The position numbers and the translations under genes are program-made. Below, piece by piece: positions 37,136-44,813 of a DNA stretch of 60,695 nt; the first letter of the stretch is position 1; every line of letters begins with the position of its first letter. This DNA comes from a virus. Lineage: Duplodnaviria; Caudoviricetes. The DNA lies in the IMG/VR virus record IMGVR_UViG_3300032047_000012, positions 1 to 60,695 of that record; one strand, written 5' to 3'. The notes beneath the pieces were generated by a model. The model worked only from the letters and a program-made list of their open reading frames with translations. It made no database searches and was not told where the DNA came from.

Positions 37136-37909
37136 CTATGGACACTCTGGTGTGTTCTTGAACTCGCACTTACTGCAAGATAATTTATTTTTTATGAATT
37201 TACCACTCTGAATATTATAGAGTGCTCTGTTTAACAGCTTCATTGCATTATCGACTTTTTTCGGACCACTTGTAACTCGAAAGATTTCCACTTGGTCTTT
37301 TTTAGCTGTTCGCTTAAGAAGTCCGAAGTGAGTTTCAATGTCTTCCATCGGAACATTATGTTTCCGAGAGTAGTAATGCTTATAATAGGTAAGTTGGTAA
37401 GTCGTCATTGGATCAGACTTACGTTGCATATTCCAGCCCCAAGAGCAAGTCTTCCAGTCAATGACGTGGAACTTGCCGTCAGGTGTCTTTATCACAAGGT
37501 CAATAAAACCCTTGAAGTTATAGTCCTCGAATCCCTCGATGGACTCATAGATGTCTTCTTCTGTTGAGACAAGTTCAAACTCACCGAAGTGTTCACGGAG
37601 AGCAGGGATAGCAACCGTTGATAGGCGTTTACCTTGTTCTCTCATGTCCGAAATGTCTTTGGCTTTAAAAGTTGAGCGAACCTCTTCTGGAAGGGATTGC
37701 AACTCTTTTAGAAAAGCAAGTTCGAACATCTCTGGCTCGTTTGTTATCGAGTCGTCTTCAATGCGCTTTTCACAAACCTCGTGAAGGGCTGTTCCAAAAG
37801 CTGTGTAGTGGTTGCCCACGAACTTCTTTATCTTATCAACATAAGTTATCTTATAATAATAAGGGCATTGATTCCAATTCTTTAAAGCAGAAAATGAAAC
37901 GTGTTGCAT
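37136..37909 (-). CDS. PD-(D/E)XK nuclease, Cas4/AddB-like with a probable Fe-S cluster
   Basis: SFS...CP, GTALH, GFIDLV, IDWKT, QLTYY and C-terminal CSKC...C (1+3 Cys arrangement). Confidence 0.88.
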   Translation of the reverse strand: MQHVSFSALKNWNQCPYYYKITYVDKIKKFVGNHYTAFGTALHEVCEKRIEDDSITNEPEMFELAFLKELQSLPEEVRSTFKAKDISDMREQGKRLSTVAIPALREHFGEFELVSTEEDIYESIEGFEDYNFKGFIDLVIKTPDGKFHVIDWKTCSWGWNMQRKSDPMTTYQLTYYKHYYSRKHNVPMEDIETHFGLLKRTAKKDQVEIFRVTSGPKKVDNAMKLLNRALYNIQSGKFIKNKLSCSKCEFKNTPECP

Positions 37910-37936
37910 ATAAACCTCTATCCTTTGTTACAACTT

Positions 37937-37965
37937 ATTATGACATAAAAAGTAGGTTTAGTCAA
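37937..37965 (-). promoter_or_regulatory. Sigma70-type promoter
   Basis: TTGACT-17 nt-CATAAT upstream of the nuclease/glycosyltransferase/sigma operon. Confidence 0.7.
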
Positions 37966-37979
37966 GCACTTTGTTCATT

Positions 37980-38399
37980 TTAGTTATTATTGGTGGGGTT
38001 TTTCTTGGCTCGTGGTTTTCTAGTTCTTGTAGAAGGTTTACGAGTTCTAGTGGTTTTTGGCTTTGGATCAGTAACCTCTGCTGGTGCTGGTTCTGGGTCT
38101 GAACCTGCGTGGCTTAAAGTTAAATCTTCTTGTTTTAATTCTTCTGGTTTGAAATTCTTTATTGCTTCTTCTCTTAATGATTTTTTTTCTATGATTCCGT
38201 CGCCGATATCAAAAACGAATAAAACCTTGCCCTCTGATATTGTATTTATTGCCTTCAGAGCGCCTACGTTAAATTTAAGAGAAATAAGACGTTTTCTAAC
38301 ATCATCTTCACCAATATCAACTCTCGCCTTTGAACTAGTATAAACAAATAATTTCTTTTTTACTTTTATTTCATCTATCTTTATATTAAATCTCTTCAT
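37980..38399 (-). CDS. Hypothetical protein with a basic Thr/Arg/Lys/Pro C-terminal tail
   Basis: 139 aa. The tail KPKTTRTRKPSTRTRKPRAKK suggests nucleic-acid binding. Confidence 0.7.
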   Translation of the reverse strand: MKRFNIKIDEIKVKKKLFVYTSSKARVDIGEDDVRKRLISLKFNVGALKAINTISEGKVLFVFDIGDGIIEKKSLREEAIKNFKPEELKQEDLTLSHAGSDPEPAPAEVTDPKPKTTRTRKPSTRTRKPRAKKNPTNNN

Positions 38400-39081
38400 C
38401 TTCTTCTCCCTGGGTTGATATTTGTCTCAACTTAATAAATAGCTCTGGACTTATTTCTTTAATATAAGCCTCTTCTCCCTGGACGAAAAACATTTCAAAA
38501 GCCGTTGCGAAATATTCAGATACAGATACAGACGCATAAGGTGTAATAAATAAACCTTTTGTGAAATTAGTTAATTTCTCATATCCGACCTCATAATGTA
38601 AGAACTCATCAAAAGCTTTAGAATATTCTGATTCATATTTTAACCTATTTGGTACGTTTATGTCATGAGCAGATAGTAAATCAATAAATCTCTTTTTCTT
38701 CGCCAAATATTCTAGTTCGATTTTTGTATCCGCATATAAATCATAATCATACATTTTTTCTACGGCATGGGCTACTTCGTGAATAATGTCTTCAAAGAGT
38801 TGCTCGTCAGAAGGCTGTTCATTTGTAACATAAATGCCGCCGTCTAAAAATGCTGCTCGAATACCTCTTTGTTCTAGTTCTTTGAATTTACCTACCATAA
38901 TAGTCTCTACTTCATAAAATAAATGAGGAGGTATTGTGTCTTCAATTTCCATTATTACATTAGTGATATCTATTTCTGCTGGAACAGGATCTTTAACGAA
39001 TATATTAATAGTTCCGAAAACTGTAAACTCTTTTCGTTCAGATAAATTTTTAGTGTGAGAATTTTTTATATATTTATTCAT
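38386..39081 (-). CDS. Zinc metallopeptidase-like protein (HExxH + distal E)
   Basis: IIHEVAHAV followed by YAS...SEYFATAF, a gluzincin-like pattern. Confidence 0.7.
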   Translation of the reverse strand: MNKYIKNSHTKNLSERKEFTVFGTINIFVKDPVPAEIDITNVIMEIEDTIPPHLFYEVETIMVGKFKELEQRGIRAAFLDGGIYVTNEQPSDEQLFEDIIHEVAHAVEKMYDYDLYADTKIELEYLAKKKRFIDLLSAHDINVPNRLKYESEYSKAFDEFLHYEVGYEKLTNFTKGLFITPYASVSVSEYFATAFEMFFVQGEEAYIKEISPELFIKLRQISTQGEEDEEI

Positions 39082-39112
39082 TTATATATTTTACCACCAA
39101 TGACTGATTATG

Positions 39113-40450
39113 TTAAAGAATCTTGGAGCCGAGTGTTGCGATGGCAGAGCGTTCGCCCTTCTTAAGAGTTATGTGCCCTGTTATCTCGTGCTCTTTCATT
39201 TTCTCAACAGCATAAGTCAAGCCGTTGGTTCTCTCGTCGATATAGATGTTATCTATTTGCTCGACGTCGCCTGTAAGAACAAGCTTTGTGCCTTCACCTA
39301 CACGAGTTACAATAGTTTTGAGTTCGTGTTTTGTAAGGTTCTGGGCTTCGTCAATAATAATGAAAGCATTAGAGATAGAGCGCCCACGAATGTAGGTAAG
39401 TGCCTCTACTTCAATCTTTCCCATTTCCATATATTCTTGTAGAGTAACAGAATCGTCAACCATTAGGAATTTTAGATTATCCTGAATAGGTTTCAGCCAA
39501 GGCTCCATCTTCTCTTCCATTGTTCCTGGTAAGAATCCGATGTCTTTTCCAAGAGGTTCTACTGGGCGAGAAACAACAAGTCTTGTGTAGATAGATTTTT
39601 GAGTACTCATTGGGTGGTCGTCAAGCGTCTGTTGTAAACCTGCTGCGATAGCACACAAAGTTTTACCAGAACCAGCCTTTCCAACAAGAGACACAAGAGA
39701 GATAGAAGGGTCCATTAGAAGCTCAAGAGCATAGGTCTGCTCCTTGTTTCGTGGTCCAATGCCCCAAACCTTGCGTTTGTTTGGAATTTTTAAAAGTGGC
39801 GTGTTATAATTCTTAAAACGAGCGAGTGCTGACTTCTTTTCGTTTATTTCGGAAGTCATTACAAGGAACTCATTTCCGTTTAATTCTTCTTCACCTTCTT
39901 CGGGCATAGGAGCATAAATGTCGTCGCCTGCATAGAATTTATCTATCTCTCTGTCTTTCATAACGAGGTCTCTATAGCCAGCGTAGATTTCGTCAAGAGA
40001 CTCTATGACCTGGCTTGCTTGGTAGTCGTCTGTTAGAAGACCAATAGAATCACATTTTACTCTCAAATTGATATCCCGAGAAACAAGAGTTACTTTGCAT
40101 TCAGGATTTTCTTCTTTTACAGTAAGTGCTGTGGCGATAATTTGATTGTCTGGGTCATTTTTATCCCAGTCAATAGGAAGTAATTCTGGATTGTAACCTC
40201 TTGCTGTTACGATACCATAGCCCTCGCCCATCTCTACACCTTCGTGAAGAGAGCCGAGTTGTCTTAGTTCGTCAAGGGTTCTGATAATACTTCTTGCATT
40301 TGAGCCAACTGAATCTTGGCGTTTCTTGTGTTTATCGATTTCTTCCAAAACTTTGAACGGGATAATAATATCATTATCCTCAAAAGCTCTCAGCGATGAA
40401 AAGTCTGTCAAATAAACACTGGTGTCAATAACATAAATTTTCTTTGTCAT
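39113..40450 (-). CDS. phoH: PIN-domain PhoH-family ATPase (PhoH2/YlaK type)
   Basis: N-terminal YVIDTSV...EEID...DNQI...SRDINLR (PIN). Walker A GKAGSGKT, GFLPG, YIRGRS, IIDEAQN, GDVEQID. ATG at 40448-40450 with AAAGGA RBS. Confidence 0.95.
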   Translation of the reverse strand: MTKKIYVIDTSVYLTDFSSLRAFEDNDIIIPFKVLEEIDKHKKRQDSVGSNARSIIRTLDELRQLGSLHEGVEMGEGYGIVTARGYNPELLPIDWDKNDPDNQIIATALTVKEENPECKVTLVSRDINLRVKCDSIGLLTDDYQASQVIESLDEIYAGYRDLVMKDREIDKFYAGDDIYAPMPEEGEEELNGNEFLVMTSEINEKKSALARFKNYNTPLLKIPNKRKVWGIGPRNKEQTYALELLMDPSISLVSLVGKAGSGKTLCAIAAGLQQTLDDHPMSTQKSIYTRLVVSRPVEPLGKDIGFLPGTMEEKMEPWLKPIQDNLKFLMVDDSVTLQEYMEMGKIEVEALTYIRGRSISNAFIIIDEAQNLTKHELKTIVTRVGEGTKLVLTGDVEQIDNIYIDERTNGLTYAVEKMKEHEITGHITLKKGERSAIATLGSKIL

Positions 40451-40536
40451 AAAGTGTTCCTTTCTTACCAATAAATAGGTCAAGTTCTTTTTTATTCTTT
40501 TTCTTCTATTTACTTATAGAGCCCATAAGGAGACCA

Positions 40537-41436
40537 ATGGCTATGATAAATAGAATTTTTCTTATTCTACTTCTTGGACTTATCGCTGGCTGCACCCACC
40601 AAGTAAAGAATCCTGTTGACATTAAAAAATCATTTGTAATGGTTCACAAGGAAGTTGAGGTGCAAGTTTGTGGTGAAAACGAAGAAAGTAAAACTAATGA
40701 ATGCAAGACCTTGATGAATATGAACTCTTCTGGTTCAGGTGCGATTGTCTGGAATGAATACAGTCTAGGCAACCCTCCTAGAACCCTTGTCCTCACAGCA
40801 GACCACGTTTGTGAAGACCCTGAGATGGAATTCAGTAATTTTGACCCGAGAATGATGATTCATATTAGAGAGAATTTAAAGTTTAAAAAAGAAGTAAAAC
40901 TTATTGCTAATTCCAAGATGTCTGTCACGACCGCTGATGGCAAGACCTATAAGGTAAAGAAACACCCCTGGGTAAGAAATGTTTCAGCGGACACTTGCAT
41001 TGTAGAATCCTCTATAGATAAACCTTCTTTACTTATCGGAAGTAAATTAGGGTTTGGTCAAAAGCTCTTGAATGTTGCTGCACCGAAGGGCATCTTTCAC
41101 CCAAACCAGAGTGGTGGTGGTGTTTACTACACAGATGGAATGTATAATGGTGAATTTATTATGGCACATGAAGGTGGAGGTAGGATTTTTGCAATGTTCT
41201 CTATTATAGCTGCACCTGGTTCAAGTGGCTCACCAGTCGTAAATACAAACGGAGAGATTGTAGGAATGATTCACTCTATTGACTCTCGCTATTGCTCTCC
41301 ACTTACTGGTCAATGTAATAGCCCTGTTAGCTATGGCGCTACATTAGAGCAAATTCGACACACTCTTCTAGAAGCTCTTTCCGCTATAAAGCGAGGTGAG
41401 TCTATCAAGTTTGATTATAAGAAAGTAAGTCAATAA
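40537..41436 (+). CDS. Trypsin-like serine protease, predicted lipoprotein
   Basis: Lipobox LIAGC. Catalytic triad motifs TADHVC, ADTC, PGSSGSP. AAGGAG RBS. CTATTTA motif at 40506-40512. Confidence 0.88.
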   Translation: MAMINRIFLILLLGLIAGCTHQVKNPVDIKKSFVMVHKEVEVQVCGENEESKTNECKTLMNMNSSGSGAIVWNEYSLGNPPRTLVLTADHVCEDPEMEFSNFDPRMMIHIRENLKFKKEVKLIANSKMSVTTADGKTYKVKKHPWVRNVSADTCIVESSIDKPSLLIGSKLGFGQKLLNVAAPKGIFHPNQSGGGVYYTDGMYNGEFIMAHEGGGRIFAMFSIIAAPGSSGSPVVNTNGEIVGMIHSIDSRYCSPLTGQCNSPVSYGATLEQIRHTLLEALSAIKRGESIKFDYKKVSQ

Positions 41437-41945
41437 GCATAAGGGTCTAAATAAATCTTCCAAGCCTTATCGACATTATCAACTAAATTAAAAAACATTT
41501 TTGGTGAAGGCTGCGTTGGCGGGTTTGTAGGAAACATTCCTGCATCTCTCGGTAGTTTATTTGCCTTCTTTTGATTACATCTCTTGCAAGCAGCTACGAT
41601 GTTCTCCCAAGTCTTTGGACCGCCTGCTGACTTTGGAGTAACGTGGTCTATTGTAAGATTAGCTTTTGTGAATCGCTTGTTGCAATATTGGCAGGTGTAG
41701 TTATCTCTTATAAAAAGATTTTTTCTTGTGACCTTTAAGCTAACTCTCGCTTTCTTTACATAACGTGAAATAACAATGACGGAGGGAACTTGAAATTTCT
41801 CTGTGGCTGAATGGGCATAGACGCCTTCTTTATATTCAACAACAGAAGCTCTGTCGTTCATAACCATTGTGATTGCTTCAGTCCAACAGATGACCTGGAT
41901 TGGTCTATAAGAACTGTCTAATTTTAAAACTTTCCAATTCTTCAA
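41430..41945 (-). CDS. HNH endonuclease (McrA/HNH_5 type)
   Basis: RDNYTCQYC...TIDHVTPKSAGG...WENIVAACKRCNQKK. Confidence 0.93.
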   Translation of the reverse strand: MKNWKVLKLDSSYRPIQVICWTEAITMVMNDRASVVEYKEGVYAHSATEKFQVPSVIVISRYVKKARVSLKVTRKNLFIRDNYTCQYCNKRFTKANLTIDHVTPKSAGGPKTWENIVAACKRCNQKKANKLPRDAGMFPTNPPTQPSPKMFFNLVDNVDKAWKIYLDPYAY

Positions 41946-41953
41946 AACTCTCC

Positions 41954-43057
41954 CTAAGAATAGTCTGTCTGAATTACCTCTTCTAGCAACTCAATGTAAC
42001 CATCTACATTCTTTTTATTGTTTGGGTTATATCTCCACATCATCTCTTCGTTCTTTGGACGTTCTTCCAAATAACGCTTTGGGTGCTCATTGATAGCTTC
42101 TTTAAGAGCCTCTGCTCCCTTGTCTACGTCAAAGTCTGGATAATAATAACCATGCTCCTCGAATGTAGGACTATTGTGAACAAAAGGAAGGTTAAGAAAC
42201 ATTGCCTCAAGCTGAAGGTAATTCAGTTCATTGCACCACTGGTGTGAAACAATTGTTCCAGCATAACCTTTGTGTAACAAGAAATTTAAAGCCCACCTTC
42301 CTTCAAAAGACATCTTACCATCCTTTACAAGATCAAACTTTTGACAGAATCTAACAAAGTTATTTTTTTCTTTTAATCTTGAAGCACCTACATTGTAAAC
42401 CTGTTCAACCATATCCTTGTCTTCATTATATAATTTCTCTGAAATTAACATTGGAATAACACAAGTCTTTACAATATAAAGGTTCGATTCTAGAATAGCT
42501 ACATTTTTAAGATTAACGTGGTCTCCGAAATAAGGGTTGTATCCTGCTCTCATATAAGATTGGACTATAACCTCTGGAGACCAAATATAAGGTGCTATAC
42601 TAACAGGTGCCTTTGACATTGCTGATAAAGCACTAGCAGTTCTTTCAAAGTGAGGTGAGGTCCAATAGAAATCAACATCAGGTAAAGTAAAGCCGTCTTC
42701 ACCTGGACCACCATAAATCATAGTGCCCATATCAATAAGAACTTTATTTCCATACTCACAAGAGCCAACTTTGCCTCCGTGACCTCTGAGAATCATTCTA
42801 CAAGTTTCCGTCAAAGAATTGGCACACTGAAGAATTACTTTATATTCTAAAATAGAAACAGTATCTAGTTTTTCAACTGGGACACCTAGTAGATGCTTTC
42901 CATAATGGTTTTCAGACTCTGAAACTAGGTGAATATCATAACCAACATTTTTAAGAAGACGATAAAGAAACCAAACATTTTGTTTCAGTCCATTACCAAA
43001 TAGATTTTCATCAGATTGAGCAGTTATCCCAATCTTTACATTTTTACTTATTTCCAA
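41954..43057 (-). CDS. DUF2827-family protein (putative glycosyltransferase-like)
   Basis: IGIT...F.NGLKQN...L..LL, VSHQWCNELNYLQLEA...P.VHNS, GYYYPDFD match DUF2827 as I recall the family. Confidence 0.75.
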   Translation of the reverse strand: MEISKNVKIGITAQSDENLFGNGLKQNVWFLYRLLKNVGYDIHLVSESENHYGKHLLGVPVEKLDTVSILEYKVILQCANSLTETCRMILRGHGGKVGSCEYGNKVLIDMGTMIYGGPGEDGFTLPDVDFYWTSPHFERTASALSAMSKAPVSIAPYIWSPEVIVQSYMRAGYNPYFGDHVNLKNVAILESNLYIVKTCVIPMLISEKLYNEDKDMVEQVYNVGASRLKEKNNFVRFCQKFDLVKDGKMSFEGRWALNFLLHKGYAGTIVSHQWCNELNYLQLEAMFLNLPFVHNSPTFEEHGYYYPDFDVDKGAEALKEAINEHPKRYLEERPKNEEMMWRYNPNNKKNVDGYIELLEEVIQTDYS

Positions 43058-43249
43058 TTTATTACCCTCACAACTTATACTAAATAGGGAAGGGAAGTAG
43101 AAATGGACTTATCCATTGAGGAAGGAAACATATTTTATAGACTTATTTACTCAGACTCAGACTTGAGCTTTTCTTATTTTCTATTCTAATGTTTTTATGA
43201 TATGATTATATAAGTAACTAATATAATATATATGCGAAAATAAGTCCTG

Positions 43250-43591
43250 TTAAGGTTTATTTATAAAATAATGAAAAACGTTGTATTTACGGAGACTTGC
43301 CTTGAGGCTAGAATATGAGATTCCAAGGAATCTTGCAGCGTCCCTACGGGTGTTGGCTCCAGAAATGGCTGCTTTTAGACAAGCGTCTTTAACAATATAA
43401 TGTAAATTATTCCAGATTGGTATTCCGTAAAGTTTGCCGTCGGCTTCTTTTGTGGCGAGTTCGAGCTTCAAAGCAATGACCTCCTCAAGAGTCAAGTTGG
43501 ATAACTGAATCTCAAAAAGGTCATTTGTTTTGTTTTCTTCTTTTAGTTTCTTTGAAACTGAATAGGATTTTCGTGGGATGGGGTTATGCAA
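43250..43591 (-). CDS. Fis-type helix-turn-helix DNA-binding protein
   Basis: C-terminal NTRRDAARFLGISYSSLKASLRKY resembles the Fis/NtrC HTH. TTG start is uncertain. Confidence 0.7.
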   Translation of the reverse strand: MHNPIPRKSYSVSKKLKEENKTNDLFEIQLSNLTLEEVIALKLELATKEADGKLYGIPIWNNLHYIVKDACLKAAISGANTRRDAARFLGISYSSLKASLRKYNVFHYFINKP

Positions 43592-43602
43592 CTAAAACTC
43601 GA

Positions 43603-43989
43603 CTAGTCGTCATCAACTAATGGATCTCTAACTGGGTCAGCAACGAGTTCGTCGCCATCATCGAGTGCATCGCCATCTGTATTTGCATTTAATGGCTCTG
43701 TACCTTGTGCTTCTTCAGTTTGACCAACGCCCTGTAGAATGTTACCAGCAGCAACGCCGTCTGTAAGTTCAGCCTTGATTGCTTCTTTACGACCTGCGTC
43801 GTCTGTTGCCAAGTGGTCTTGATCTGGGTCGATAATCCAAGTAAGTAAGTCGGCATCATCGATTGTACCAGCAGCAACACCTGCTTTGAGTGCCGCAATT
43901 GCAGCAGCATCTGTTGCGTAAGTACCAGCAGCAACATCAAGTTTTAGTTTCTGCTTAATACCTTTTTTAATTCTTCTTTGTTTTGACAT
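43603..43989 (-). CDS. Acidic Ala/Asp-rich late protein with a bacterial TSP3-like Ca-binding motif
   Basis: GGAGGA RBS. GTEPLNANTDGDALDDGDE motif. Two late motifs upstream (44010-44017, 44024-44031). Confidence 0.7.
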   Translation of the reverse strand: MSKQRRIKKGIKQKLKLDVAAGTYATDAAAIAALKAGVAAGTIDDADLLTWIIDPDQDHLATDDAGRKEAIKAELTDGVAAGNILQGVGQTEEAQGTEPLNANTDGDALDDGDELVADPVRDPLVDDD

Positions 43990-44048
43990 TTAAATGTCCT
44001 CCATATTCATAAATAGTTATCTGTAAATAGTCATAAGAAACGAAAAAG

Positions 44049-44804
44049 TTATAGTTCTAGTTCTTCTTCGTCACTTTCTTCTTCGCCATCCTTTTCTTCT
44101 TCATATTCTGGCGTAGTTGGTTCTACCAAAGTTGCACTCAACTCATCCTCAAACTTATCAAAATAAAGTTTGATATTTGTAAGTAAATATTCCTCAAATA
44201 AGTCTTGGTCTTCCTCATTACTAAGAAGAGCATAAGCATCAGTTATTTGTGTCTCAACCTTATCAAATGTAGTTGAGGCAAAATTAGCACCTGTTCTATC
44301 TTCGTCAGCGATGTCTTGGAAATTGCTTTCTTCTTCTGGTTCTTCTTTATCTTCGATATCAATAAAAGCATCATCGTCTTCTGGCTTATCGCCTCCAATC
44401 TCAACTTCAATTTCGTTGATATCGTCAATCTCATCAACGCTAATAAATTTATCTTCACCAGCAGCGGAAGTAACTGTTATTGGAGCCAAAGAATTTTTAA
44501 CAGCAGCAACGATATGTGCAGAGAAAGACTTTCGCTGATCACTATCAGTTGTAAGCATCTTGTAATCAGTCTCGATAACAGGAATAATCTTTTTCAAGAG
44601 ATCTTCAAGTACATTGATACCAGTAGAGCGATGTTGAGCTTTTTCCGCTGGGGCTTCTTTAAGGAGCTTTCTAACAATAGAACGAATCTCATACTCTTCC
44701 CAAATTTGCGGCTTCACTTTATTCTTCGCACGAACCTTGATGGCTCTTTTTACGAAATCACGAAGTCTAATCTCTTCGATAAGTTGTTGTCTGTCTAAAT
44801 ACAT
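44049..44804 (-). CDS. Acidic hypothetical protein, probable internal head protein
   Basis: 251 aa. Leader with LRDFVKRAI and IRSIVRKLLKE, then a very acidic body. Confidence 0.7.
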   Translation of the reverse strand: MYLDRQQLIEEIRLRDFVKRAIKVRAKNKVKPQIWEEYEIRSIVRKLLKEAPAEKAQHRSTGINVLEDLLKKIIPVIETDYKMLTTDSDQRKSFSAHIVAAVKNSLAPITVTSAAGEDKFISVDEIDDINEIEVEIGGDKPEDDDAFIDIEDKEEPEEESNFQDIADEDRTGANFASTTFDKVETQITDAYALLSNEEDQDLFEEYLLTNIKLYFDKFEDELSATLVEPTTPEYEEEKDGEEESDEEELEL

Positions 44805-44813
44805 CTTTAATCC

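Noticed and set aside
41430-41945. HNH gene as an intron-encoded or mobile homing element
   Set aside because: Free-standing with intact neighbours and no interrupted gene or visible intron structure.
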